From Chrysomallon squamiferum (Eukaryota; Animalia; Mollusca): a stretch of 64,000 nt of DNA. Shown piece by piece: positions 1-12,248 of the stretch. The DNA lies in contig CM022665.1 of NCBI GenBank assembly GCA_012295275.1, positions 7,626,001 through 7,690,000 of the forward strand, written 5' to 3'. The notes under the pieces are model-generated. The model made no database searches. It was not told where the DNA came from and saw only the letters and a program-made list of their open reading frames with translations. The position numbers were made by a program, and so were the translations under genes. Position 1 is the stretch's first letter. Every line of letters begins with the position of its first letter.

Positions 1-432
1 TATCAGAAACAGCTAGTATTAGTGATAGTTAAATTTCACTATTTTAAATTATATTTTTTGTATGTGACCATATTGTGATAGACAGAACCAAATTCATAAT
101 TCTCAGAACCATTTCCTTTCAACTGTTAACTCAACAGTAATATGTAGAAGAAGCCATATCCGCATTGAGAGTCCAGGCTGCATTCGTGTATGTTCACACA
201 ATGTATGCTTGGTGATTAGTCGCCCAAAAGCCATAGAAGTTCCAGCTTAAATACGGTTTCATGCAAACAGTTTAATGATGTGTACAATAAAAAGAAAATT
301 GCGATTCGACTGAAAATAGAATAAAATAAAATAAATTATTTTAAAAATAAAATATTACGGTATTTAAACCAAAATGAAAAATATCGTCTTTCATTTTCGT
401 TACAATTTGTTTATAAAATGCTTTTTTCTTTC

Positions 433-463
<31 letters not shown>

Positions 464-2449
464 CAGTATTCCATTTGTGCATTCTTTTCTTTTTGACATT
501 CTTTCTGTTCCGATTCACCCTTTTTATTTTTTCTATTATTATTTTTTTTTTATTGTTTTTTTTTGGGGGATAATATTTCAAATCATTAGACGGTTGTGAA
601 CAGTGTGACATATCACTGATGTCATCACATATTTCAAAGCAGGAAATACAGTTTTGAAAATTTGAAGAAAAAAAAGAAGAAAAAATAGGTTCGTTAAGAG
701 CTGAAGAAAAGAAAACGTGTTAAAAAGAATATTTGTACAAACTAGAACATTTATCAAGGAAGCATCAGTGGATGTTTAACGGCAAAGAGAGATACTCATA
801 GTTTGTATTTAATTTATCCTGATTCTCTATCTTTGTCTATCTTCCTCTCTGTCAGTCAGTCAGTCACTCTTTCTATCTATCTATCTGTCTATCTCTCTGT
901 CTGTGTCTCTGTCTAAATACATATCTATGTCTCTGTCCCATCTACATTCCCATCCATCATCCAATAACCCATTTCTCTTCTCTCCATCCAGCGTTCATCC
1001 GTTCATTTATCTCTTCGTCTTACTTCCATTTTTTAATTCTTTTTCTGTCCATTTGGGTGTAATCAAAGAACAGTTCATTAATCAGTAAAAAGAAGGCGGT
1101 GGCATTATAAAACAGGAAAAAATATTTCTAATAATAAGAAGAAAACGTAATAATAATGACGATGATAATAATGACGTTGCTGCTCCCGATGATGATGATG
1201 ATATAATAATAATGATCATGATACAAAAAAAAAAAAAAAAAAAAAAAAACATCATAAAATTATTCATAAGTTTCATCAGATTCTTCAGTTACTCCACTTA
1301 ATTCCTCATATCTAGCTAAAGTTATAAATAACACCTACATTTCATCTGAAGCTAGATTTTTCAGAAGCTGTTAAATATGTCCTTTCCTGGTGTTTTTTTG
1401 AAAAAAAAAAAAAAAATGAAACGGGACTTACGATTTTTTTCTTAAAACGATGACGATCTATCACGGTCGTGATTTTAACAATCGCAGTAACAGAGCAGTA
1501 ACAGTCGAATTCACTCCGACCATCCTCAGAGATGTTAGACGATTGCGATATTAAAATATTATATATGCACTGACATGTCTTTCGTCATGTTGTAGGTAAG
1601 CTGGGTGTCAGATCTTGCGATCTTTTCATTGTGGTTGACTGCACAGTTTGATTCAGATTTCGTGGCTTGTTTAATGAACTGCACTCCAGTTAAAAAAGTA
1701 ATATTCACACGCACACACGCAAATTCCTTCTTCGACCTTTCTCTTTTCTTTTTTCTCTTCTTCACTGTGATCTTAACGTTCGTTTTATTTGATTATTTTA
1801 GTATAAAAATAAACTTTTTTTTTTAGTTTTTTTTTTAAATTTCTTGAAGGAAGGGTAATCCATATAAAAATAATTAGATTTCAAATCAGGAAAACTGAAG
1901 ATTAAAAAATAATAATAATAGTAATAATAATAATAATAATAATAAAACCAGAAGTAAATATAAAACGTAATAATAATGATAATGATGATGATAACAACAA
2001 AATAACATCAGCAGCAACAGTGGTATCAACAACAGCAACAGAAACAATGTCAACAACAATAACAATAACAACAACAAAAATAAATAATAATCAGAATAGA
2101 ATAAATATTTTTGGCAAACTGTTGGCTTCAGTAAATATTAAAGAAAAACAAATGTAAAAAATGATGTAAGGAAAATGAAAAACCAACACATAATTATCGT
2201 GTAGATACATCTCACTGTAACATAAAACTGATGAATGCAATAATTAGATTTCGTCGAGGTAAGTTTATGAAGCTAAATCAAATATTTTTGAAACACCATG
2301 AACCTGTCTGCTGTTTATGTAATTAACTTCACCAATTACAATAATAAATCAGAGCTGAACAAAGAGTAATTACATGTACGTGTTTTCCATTTATTTCATA
2401 TTAAAACAATGCCCGGTCAGACTGCATTAGAAGGAATAATAAAAGTAAA

Positions 2450-2546
2450 AATAATAATGATAATGACAGTTGCAGTAGTTTTAGAGGTGGTGAGGATAGT
2501 AGTAATAATAGAAGTAGTAGCAGTAGCAGTAGCAGTAGCAGTAATG

Positions 2547-2584
<38 letters not shown>

Positions 2585-2760
2585 TGTAGTTGTTCTTGTA
2601 GTAGTTGAAGTACCAGTTGTTTCGTAGTACAACTATTTCTTCTACATTACTGTACCAAATATAGTTATTATTTCCAATAGTATTGCTAATAATAACAATA
2701 CTAGTACTAACACTAATAACAATAGGAAGAAGAAAATGATGGTGATGAAAAAGATGAAGC
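2450..2760. repeat. Compound degenerate trinucleotide microsatellite (GTA/GCA/ATA)n
   Basis: Runs of gtagtagtag/gcagtagcag read directly; source of the poly-V/poly-T/poly-Y ORFs at 2409-2762. Confidence 0.95.
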
Positions 2761-3170
2761 AAAATAGCAAAATCAGCAAATCCTGTCGGAGTTCACTTCA
2801 GTAAATACACCCTGAAATAGACTATCACATTAACAAATAGCTTTTCTGTGTGAACTGATAAGTAAGGTGTTAACATACTGGCAACAGTGAGTATTCGAAT
2901 ATACGGAAGTTGTAAGTGTTTAATGCAGTTCGTCTTATACAAAAATACGTCTAAAAGTATTATTATATTAGACCATTAGTGTATACATTAATACAATTAC
3001 TGAGCCGTTCATTCAGTCACGTTGTTTTCACTTCCTTGCTAACGCAGGCAGATATTAAATAGTTTATGGCGATGACTGCACACTAATTAGTCTCTAAAAG
3101 CAACTGCTTATAACGATAACTAACATAATTACTACGTGAATTGTTCTTTTAAGTGTGTATAATAGTTAAG

Positions 3171-3207
<37 letters not shown>

Positions 3208-3214
3208 GACTTAC

Positions 3215-3235
3215 ACCAACGACTTATTGTGATAA
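3215..3235 (-). other. Candidate 21-nt micro-exon
   Basis: Minus strand reads tttttatatattttcAG|TTATCACAATAAGTCGTTGGT|GTAAGTcag: pyrimidine-rich acceptor, consensus donor, length a multiple of 3, open in two of three frames. Confidence 0.25.
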
Positions 3236-3364
3236 CTGAAAATATATAAAAATACGTAATTAAAAAAATCCCCCAAAAATCGTTAAGTCGTGAATTTGTA
3301 TTTTGTGTATAACGTTTTCATCCATCAGGGTTTGAATCACGATCATTATTTATTTTGCTCACTC

Positions 3365-3435
3365 TCTGTCCGGACGATTTCAACCTGGATTATTAGTTTC
3401 AGATTCCAGCGCTCTACCAACTGAGCCTGTGGGGA
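3365..3435 (-). mobile_element. Degenerate tRNA-derived SINE head / tRNA pseudogene
   Basis: Minus strand reads GGCTCAGTTGGTAGAGCGCTG (tRNA D-arm/Pol III A-box) followed ~20 nt later by GGTTGAAATC (decayed B-box, consensus GGTTCGANTCC). Acceptor, anticodon and T stems do not pair properly. Confidence 0.7.
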
Positions 3436-3984
3436 AATTCCCATTAGCTTCTGCCGGTGGAAGTTACTAAACCATTAGATGTATTATTTATATTGGATGC
3501 TCATGCTATTTTGAAGATGATTTTAAAATATAAACACTGAATCTAATGATAGACTTGGCAGACAGCCAGCAGACTGGTTTTAAGCACAAATCCAGGGTAC
3601 ATCGTCTTCGATGACATATTTGTGTTGCAAAGTCAGACTCGTGTGCTAAGCACAGAATAAAATACACACGCACGTCGAAAACGTTCCTTCCGACACTGCG
3701 CTTTAGACTACAAATAAAAGGCTATGAAACTCCATTTTGTCTAACAAATACGGAAATTAGTGTCCGTTTTAGCTGATTTATTTCGCGTTTTCTCTTTGTG
3801 TTTAATTGTACTGTCTGCGTGGTTTCGTTTCTCTGTTCTCTGAGGTGATTCGCGAGGTTCTCGTTATAATTTGTGTTCTGATGACTAACGCAGAAAGAAG
3901 AGGTGTTTCTACTGAGAGACCTTCTACTGTTCAACGGTCCATTTAATACACATTCCGCTCATTAGACACCCCATGCGAGATAAA

Positions 3985-4086
<102 letters not shown>

Positions 4087-4363
4087 CTTTTTATCCTGTT
4101 TCTATATATCAGTGTCTCCCTCTTTCTTTAAATCTGCCTCTTTATTGTTCTCTGTTCTCCTCTACACTCTTCTTATCTTTCTCTCTACCTATATATATTT
4201 TCTTGATGTTTTATAACTAAGACTGTTAGCTTGAGAATCCAGTGCTCCTTCTTTTTATGAATCTTTTTTTTTTCTTTCTTTTCATTTTTTTTCTTTCTTT
4301 TTTTATGTCCTAAAATGCATGGCATACATTTTGGTAATTTTACAACAAGTACTGCTGTGTTTT

Positions 4364-4402
<39 letters not shown>

Positions 4403-4500
4403 TTATTTATTTATTTATTTTATTTTATTTTTTATTTTTTTTTTTTTTAATGGATATAAGGATAAACAGAATCCTTTTAATAAGTTTGTCCTTTATACAG

Positions 4501-4908
4501 ATGTCGTCTTTATTGGCAGGTCACACAATTACTGCCGGTGATTTTCAACGACATCGCCGAGGTCGCTAAGACGAAACGGCGCAAATGGCCGACATAAACG
4601 CGAAACGCGAAGAAAATAAACTACGGTCTGTGCTGTTCAGCTTGGAAGCAACACACTTCGAATGAATCGATTCTTCCGGTTATTTCAATAATGGCCAATT
4701 GTGTGATTGTCTGATCTCGGAGGTCTTCTACCGTGAAGAAAGGGAGTACATTTCTAGACAAAAAGTCACATAGATAAACTGGAGATCATCTGGCAAAAGG
4801 AAACGTTGATGGATACTGTAATCGCGCATTTGGCTTTTCGAAAGAAGACATTACTGCACAACGGAGAGTCGTAACACGTCCTGATCGCTTGATCACGAAT
4901 CGATAGAC
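4501..4908 (+). other. Candidate exon (probably non-coding or terminal) in a CpG-rich unique island
   Basis: Acceptor tttgtcctttatacAG at 4499-4500 followed by an abrupt switch to CpG-rich unique sequence. All three frames stop within ~100 nt; the longest is CRLYWQVTQLLPVIFNDIAEVAKTKRRKWPT*. The 3' boundary is uncertain. Confidence 0.25.
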
Positions 4909-7344
4909 GTAAAGTGTGACTTTTTCAGAGAGGGGAAGAAAGCCCCATAAATGTAATTTGAAAGAAAGATGACTAGAGAAAATGTCATTTGTAAGGAATA
5001 TGACACTTTCAAAGTTCCAAAGAAAAAAAAAGAGTTGAAAGGAAGTGAAGGAATTAAGAAGGTTGGAAAGAAGAAGGAAAAAAAAAGAAAAGGTCACTAA
5101 ATTATTTTTTCTTATAAATGTTGATTATCATTTTAAGATGTCAAAAAAAAAAAAAAAAAAAAAAATTGTTGCCACCATTCACAAATGCATATATTTAGAT
5201 GCATAATTGTTTAACTAATTAATAATAAATTATCAAAAAATTATAACGATTTTTTTTTTTTTTTTTTTTTAAATAATTATTGTAAAGATTTAACCTCCAC
5301 AAATTCTAACATTATTTAACCTTTGTTTTTCATCATACAGTTGATTTGTACTGCATTAGACATTAAAACGTAAGACTGTTAATTTGATATTTTATCTCTA
5401 CGACACTGCTGGGATGACCATTTCTAAAGCACTGAATTCATTCTAATGTAGATTTTGGGGCGTACAGCGATTAAAGATGCCGATCAGTTTTCTGGTTTAT
5501 GATGAGAAACAAAACACTAAAGAAAACATCACGTCCCTTGCCAATAATTCGCTTGCTCGCACACTTAAACACGCTTTTTCAGATCATTCGAATGAATCAA
5601 ATTTACTCTTATTGGCCACATCATGGATGCATAGGTCTGTGAAATTCTCGTATTTCTTGTAGCTGACTAAAGCGCTCAAGTCCACTTCCTCCACGACGCA
5701 GACGAAATAGTTTAATTAATATCCTGTGCAATTCCAGAACCAAGAAGGCAGAAATGATCACAAACTCATACATCTACTTCTGCCCTGATGGCCAGAAAAA
5801 GCAGACACACCAAGCCTGGTCAAGGAACTAGCTTTATTGAACGATCTTTGGCACGAAAATACAATTACATTTGTATGACTCCGCTTGGCTTGAAAATCAC
5901 GTATCGTTATTACAGGAGATTGGTCTAAGGCGGCTTCGTCTTAAAACTCGTCTCGTGGGTGAGAAAGATACAGTATTCGTTTTTGAAATTCGCATTTGAT
6001 TTCGATAAATAAACAAATTACGTATGCCGAAAAGAGCTCCATGACCACGTGGCAACAACCAGATCGTTATTTTTTTGTAGAATATTTAAAATATTGAGGA
6101 ATAATAAAACAAAAAGAGGAAAAACAGAAATTGACAATAAAAGGTCAGATTTAAACTTTGTAATCTAAAATATTATTTCCAGAATTAAACGAAGCAGGAT
6201 TAGTTTATGCACAAATACGCAGGTCATACAGGGTTGTTCAATGTTTCCTAAGATAAAAGCGTACAGTTTAAATAGTTACTAACAGAACTCTGTCAAATTT
6301 AAAAACCGTTTTTCTTTTTCAGGGACGTAAATCCTTAGTCAAAATTAGGTCTGGGAACAGAGTCAGGGCAGTTGATGTCTGCGAAAGTGGAAAAGATCAA
6401 CTTTTACACAACAATAATGAAATTTCATACACAAATCAAAGTTAGATGTTGCCTTCTAGGCAATGATCATCTGATGATTGGAATGGCCAGGCGCCAGATA
6501 CACAGACAGAAAAACCATTGCTTAACGTAGATGGAAAGTTGTAATCGGATATTTCAGTAGAATCCCTTTAACATATTGCTTTGTGATGGTATCTTATATT
6601 ATTTTTACTTTACCTAGGATCAATATACAGCGGAAATTAATACGAAATTCTATGTGTTTCAGAATTTTCCAATTAGGTAGTAAATTCAAATTTATTGGTT
6701 GACAAAATCTAAATAACGCACTAAATTCTACTTTCTCTCCGGATTTCAATTTCCTGTTTATTTATTTTTTCATCAAAACAAAAATATTAGAGGTCTTAAA
6801 CTATTATATTGATTTCAGTGTCTGACTTATGATTTGGAAAACAACGCGTTCGGTTAACCTTACTACTATTCTTCAAACTCCATTCTAATCAGTTTAGAAA
6901 ATAAATACTGTTTAATATTCTGTTCTTGAAGACATGTTATAGTAAATAAGTGATTAAAAAAAACAAAAAATTTAAAATCAGAAAATTGATCAGTCTACAA
7001 CTGGCGAATTGAGATAAAACGTCATCTGTTACTGGATTATTGCCACATTTGTCATTTACAAAATATATTTTACGGAAACTAATATAATCATTTGACCTTT
7101 ATTTTTTAACAATGACGTTATTGTTGATGTCGTTAGTATTATTATCATAGTTTATTGTGATTCAAGAAAGTATAAAAGTCATAGATTAAAATGTATTTAT
7201 TTATCTATCTATCTATCTATCTATCTATTTATCTATTTGTGTTTGTTTCTTTTCTGTTATCTCTTTTATACAATTTTAGAAATAAAAATTTCGAATCACT
7301 GTGAAACTAGCTAACAATCAGCATAATATATTAAACTTTATGTT

Positions 7345-7389
<45 letters not shown>

Positions 7390-7652
7390 GTACATATCCC
7401 TTACGAAGTATTATTGAATCTGTTTTCCTAATTCAGTGCGTTAGTAGCTTTATTTGCCTAAGAGAGATTCTTTAGTGCTTTTCTGTACTTCATACTCATC
7501 TGGTTTCTTATTTATTGTAAAATGACACAGTACTTCAGCCTTAACGAGAAGACGTTAGTAAGTCCTACATAACTTAGCTCTTACGTGTATGATATCGTTC
7601 AGTTCCCAACACAACTATTACTAACTTCTTTTTGTTTCATACATCTTAACAG

Positions 7653-7932
7653 ATATTTTTATAGTCATGTAACCGACACACTTTGCCTACAAAGTGAACC
7701 ATCAAAATATAGGCCAATCATTCATATAAAATACAATTTACCAAATGCCACAAGTGGGTTGGCAGTCATTGAGAAGCAGACCTTTGACCACATCCAGCGG
7801 CAGTCCTCTGACCGCAGCAGACAACAAACGTTCATCATAACAAATGCAAATACACGATTTCGTTTTGAGTACCTTAAACAACGTTCTTTAGAAGTGATTG
7901 AAGAAATAAATACTATTAATAATTCATCTTTG
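7653..7932 (+). CDS. Candidate internal exon (280 nt, phase 2 to phase 0), product unrecognised
   Basis: TACTAAC branch point at 7619-7625, AG-free pyrimidine-rich tract, acceptor cttaacAG (7651-7652), donor TTG|GTGAGT (GT at 7933). The frame of ORF 7585-8037 is open across it (YFYSHVTDTLCLQSEPSKYRP...EINTINNSSL, 93 codons). Confidence 0.45.
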
Positions 7933-8029
7933 GTGAGTCGAGCTGAATGTTTTGGAGGTGGGAAAACGTTGATGTTAAGCTGGCTAATTGATAGATATTC
8001 AGCTGAATTTGATGAAGTCGTTATGTCTC

Positions 8030-8340
8030 GCTATTAAATTTATGGTACCAATTTCACTTTTGTGAAGCGCCTCTTGAAAGCATTTCCCTGTAGATACGAG
8101 TGAAGATCTATTGATCGCCAGGCTGTGTTAACTAGGATAAATGTCAAAATAATGCAGGCCACCATCAGGCCAGCAATAGGCCATATAAAGGCTAGTGGTG
8201 TCATCTACATTACCATATACATCACTGTCCTGACTGGGTCATTCCTGTGATTTAATTGTAGAAGGAATCTGTTGTGTGCAAATTGGAGGTTCATCCAGAA
8301 TGAGGGCGAGTGAGGAACGTAATGTGTCATCTACGAGAAA
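8030..8340. promoter_or_regulatory. Putative enhancer-like island
   Basis: TTTATGG and TGATTTAAT homeodomain-type motifs, GTGTCATCTAC repeated at 8198 and 8324 (TGTCA TALE-class core), and four AGGC(C/T)A motifs at exact 11-bp spacing (8156, 8167, 8178, 8189). Motif evidence only. Confidence 0.25.
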
Positions 8341-8378
8341 CAATAATTTCAAAACAACACAGACACAACAGTACTTAC

Positions 8379-8386
8379 TGTTTGTT
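8379..8386 (-). other. Candidate 8-nt micro-exon
   Basis: Minus strand: tttttttttAG|AACAAACA|GTAAGTac followed by UG-rich sequence. Confidence 0.15.
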
Positions 8387-8724
8387 CTAAAAAAAAATTA
8401 TATATAATTATTAAAACTAGTTTTTCTGAATGCTCTGTAGACATAATGCAATAGGTACTTATAGCTCTGGTTAGCATTTCAAATAACTGCAACCACTACC
8501 ATTATTACTACTGCTGCTACTACTGCTACTACTATGACCACCACCATCACCAGCACCAATGCTACATCTATCACTTCATCCACTCAACACCAGCACCACC
8601 ATAACAATTAACAGCACTAAAATATATATATAACTGATTTTGTTTTTTTTGTTTTTTTTACTGAAAAATTGACTGTACTAAGATAACTAGTACAAGACAA
8701 ATAAGTAGAAATAAAATAACTTAC

Positions 8725-8770
8725 TCCATGATCAAGATGATATTATTACTAGACTCATCTAGCTATATTA
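8725..8770 (-). other. Candidate 46-nt exon (non-coding, or 5'UTR ending in ATG GA)
   Basis: Minus strand: long U-rich tract ...ttttgttttgtttcatttcAG|TAATATAG...GATCATGGA|GTAAGTtat. Stops occur in all three frames upstream of the terminal ATG. Confidence 0.35.
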
Positions 8771-10422
8771 CTGAAATGAAACAAAACAAAAGAACAACAA
8801 ACAAAACAAAAAACACATAAAAACACACACATGCACGCACCCCCACACACACAAATTTAACTGTATAAGGATATTAAATTACTTTAAACTTGTAAGAAAG
8901 TTTCTCGTATTATGAAAACATTAGTTAAGGCGGGTACACACCTAAATCATTCGTCTGTGTAAAAAAAAATATACAAAACACGTTTCACTCTCAGTGGCTC
9001 ATAATTACCGTCACATCGTATGGCAAGAAGATGAAATGGCCTTTACTAGATACAGTTTACCAGACGGTTATATATCTGAGAGGTAGACACTATCATTTCA
9101 AGAGTTTAATCACTTGCCGATAATTGGTCTTTTCCCGTTCCAGTGTTGCCCCTGACATTTGAACAAATGATTTCCATCCCGCGAAGAATCATTTGATAGT
9201 TTGTGCATCTGAGGAGCGCTGTTTTAATAGCGAAGAACTGCACTGGAGTCCCACAACTATCACTTCTCCGCAAATGCTGAAATCGTTCAGCCGTTCTTAA
9301 ACTCGATATAATGAAGTTCTTCAAAATGCAAGTTTTCAAACGTGGAAATTATACTGAGAAACGAATCATTCCCAGGCGCATTAGGCCGTTCTTGTAATAC
9401 ACGAGAAATTGAAATAATAATTATGTTTTGTATCTATGCCGTAAAAAGAAGATTTTTTACCACGGGCGAAATCATGGCTTGATACAACTAACTATACGAG
9501 GAATATTGCGTAAAATAAGAGTTCAGGATCATGGCGGGCACAGCACTTAATTCGAGGACGTTATCTCAAAGGAATCATCACCATTAATGTAGTGCAAATA
9601 TCTCATAATGTACTAGTTACTACGAAAATAAACCAACCTTGAATTTAGGTCGATTGTTGTATAAGGTAATTTATCAAATAAAAAAAAAAATAAAAAAAAT
9701 ACTGAAAAAAAAATTATTTGTAGTAATTTCAGGACAAAATAGTATTTATTAGACAGATTATTTGATATTTCTGTAAGGTAAACATCTATTATGATTACTG
9801 TTATGCTACTACTACTACTACTACTTCAACTACTACTACTAAAACTGCTGCTGCTGCTGTTGATGCTACTATTACTTTTGCTGGATATTTATTAATTTAT
9901 TTTATTTATTTCTTGTTTTTGTTCTTGTTGTTGTTGCTATTATTATTATTATTATTTCGAAAACATAGTCGTATATACAGAGCAAATAAGTAAGTAAATA
10001 AAGAAAGAAAGAAAGAAGAAATACATTTTAGTTATAAAAAAAAAGGAAAGAAGGAAAAAGACAAACAAAACTTGCTCAGTAAACATCGTTTCCCAATTAA
10101 AGAGTTTAGAACCTCACACGGAGTTACAAGATTTCACGTAAACACACACAACAGGCTAATTGTGCACCTGGTTTTATGTCTGAGCGATGCTGTACTGTGT
10201 GTAAGATGCTGTGAAATGGTTTTAATGAAATCTCAGATTTCGGTTCTTGCCTTGAAGTTTATTAGCAAGTGAAACGTGGTATTTCAAGATAGAAACGAAA
10301 ATAAAAAGTGGATAAAAAGTAGCTTTCGAGTATTATCACATTCAGACTGGAATTTCGCAAATTTAACTTGCCAGTGAATTTATTTATTGTGTTACTAGAC
10401 CTAGAAAATATTTTTAACATTT

Positions 10423-10460
<38 letters not shown>

Positions 10461-11168
10461 TTAAATCGAAAAGCAGAAATATGAAGTTATTGTTTTAATC
10501 TTTGAAAACTATGCGGGCGCGGATCTGGTGTTGGGTTACATATTCAGTGGACTGATATTGTTTCTTCTTTTTAAAGAAACGTATATCCTTTGTAGTGAAA
10601 GTTAATCTAACTTTCGTGAAATTATGAATCCATTTGAACCGACGTGCATTTCTTTTCTCAGACCTAAACTCTAATTTCGAAATAACATGCCAATATAACA
10701 GTATCAGAAGCCAAATAAATGCTGGAAATGGGAAAAACATGCAGTTAAAAAACTTCGATCAGAACTGTCGTGGCATCACAAGATGTTACTGGCGCATTAG
10801 ATGATGAAAGACTAATCTTCAGCTGCATATCTGGGTAACAAAAACAGGAGACAACCGCGCGAAATAATTAATTAACGCCAAAAGACTGCCCATACAAATC
10901 AATAAGAAAAAATACAGTATAGTAACGAAATAAAGTCAAATAAAAAACTCGCGTAAAAAATTGCAGGATATTATTTTATTTGAAGATGTGTTAGTGCTAC
11001 TGGAATTTTAGTATTATGCTGTAAGTGTTGGATTTGTCTTTTTTGGGGGGTTAATTGTTGTTTTGTTTTGACTTTTTTTTTTTTTTTTTCTTTTGTTGTT
11101 GTTCTGTTTTGACTTTTTTCTTGTTGTTGTTTTTGTTTGTTTTGTTCTGGTTTTTTTTTTTTTTTTAG

Positions 11169-11552
11169 ACGGATTCGTCTTTCAATAACTTAATCATAGT
11201 AGAACGAAAACAAGCAAAACAAGAAGACGATATGATGAAAATACCGCTACTGTCCCCGATGAAGATGTTGATTATGATGATGGTGATGAAAATGCTGCCG
11301 CTCATGAGGATGAATACAACTGTGATGACCACGATAACATCAAGACGAACCACGCGACTCGGTTCTTCCCACCTCCACCAGACAGTGCAGAATGGCTGTT
11401 ACACCAACCATTTCAACGGAGCACTTACAAAACCTGTAATTTATCAGTCATGTCTGCAGCTCTGTATCATAACACGCAGCACCCAGAAGCAACCATTTTT
11501 AACCGTCACGACCGAACAACGTCTATTCCTCTTAATCCTGCATAGTAGCTGA
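11169..11552 (+). CDS. Candidate terminal exon, product unrecognised
   Basis: Very long U-rich tract ending ttttttAG at 11167-11168. The phase-0 frame is open to 11552 (TDSSFNNLIIVERKQAKQEDDMMKIP...). A second frame is open 11189-11545 (Asp/Glu-rich, then TRFFPPPPDSAEWLLHQPF...). The first half is a decayed (GAT)n repeat. Confidence 0.25.
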   Translation, partial: TDSSFNNLIIVERKQAKQEDDMMKIPLLSPMKMLIMMMVMKMLPLMRMNTTVMTTITSRRTTRLGSSHLHQTVQNGCYTNHFNGALTKPVIYQSCLQLCIITRSTQKQPFLTVTTEQRLFLLILHSS

Positions 11553-12084
11553 ATTGTATTCATCCACACATCCCAACCCCGCTAGGGTATTCCACAGTCT
11601 GCGCTAATGTGGAAGTTACAACCGGCAAGATTAACCAGTCTCGGGGAAACGTAGTTACATGACTAGGCTGCGAAAGCCCATGCAGCTTAAAGCGTGGTCC
11701 AGACATACGCAACAATTTGTACCTCCTCTATATGTCAGAGATGTTTTCTCACGAGACTGCGCAAAAACAGTTACACGATGTCGTTGAAGATGAACATTTA
11801 AAAGAAAATCATCTGTGGGGGCAGAAAATGTAACGTCGATGAATTACAGCTGACATGATTCAACACTGCGTTGGAGGGTACAGTTATCAATAGACATAAA
11901 CCAAATGTGTTAGGTGTTAAACATATAAAAGAAATGGGAAGAGAGAAAGAAAGAAAAAAAAAAAATCAGATGATTTAGTTATTGTGACTAAATTAAACTT
12001 TCTGCTACGAGCATCGAAGAAGTTTCAGAATTATTCCTGAGAGAGATTAAGTTTTTGTTTCACAGAAATGAGTCAGCGAAATTT

Positions 12085-12185
12085 ATTTATATTTTATTTT
12101 ATTTTATTTTATCTGATTTTATTTTATCTTATCTTATTTTATTTATTTGCTATTTATTTATTTGTTATTTATTTATTTATTTATC

Positions 12186-12246
<61 letters not shown>

Positions 12247-12248
12247 TT
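12085..12248. repeat. Compound (TTTTA)n/(TTTA)n/(TTA)n microsatellite
   Basis: Read directly; explains ORFs 12055-12331. Confidence 0.95.

Noticed and set aside
1432-1440. Additional tiny AG...GTAAG units (here and at ~11429, ~16980, ~55836)
   Set aside because: The acceptors have little or no pyrimidine tract; consistent with chance.
3365-3435. Functional tRNA gene
   Set aside because: Only the D-arm/A-box is intact; the B-box is mutated and the cloverleaf stems do not form.
3877-3900. Hammerhead ribozyme core (CTGATGA...GAAA); other CTGATGA sites were also inspected
   Set aside because: Stem II cannot form and the flanking helices are missing.
6227-6245. Tc1/mariner-like terminus (TA CAGGGTTGTTC)
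   Set aside because: No matching opposite terminus or transposase remnant was found.
8084-8104. miR-10/miR-993-like sequence (CCCTGTAGAT)
   Set aside because: Only ~10 nt match, the seed differs, and there is no complementary arm nearby.
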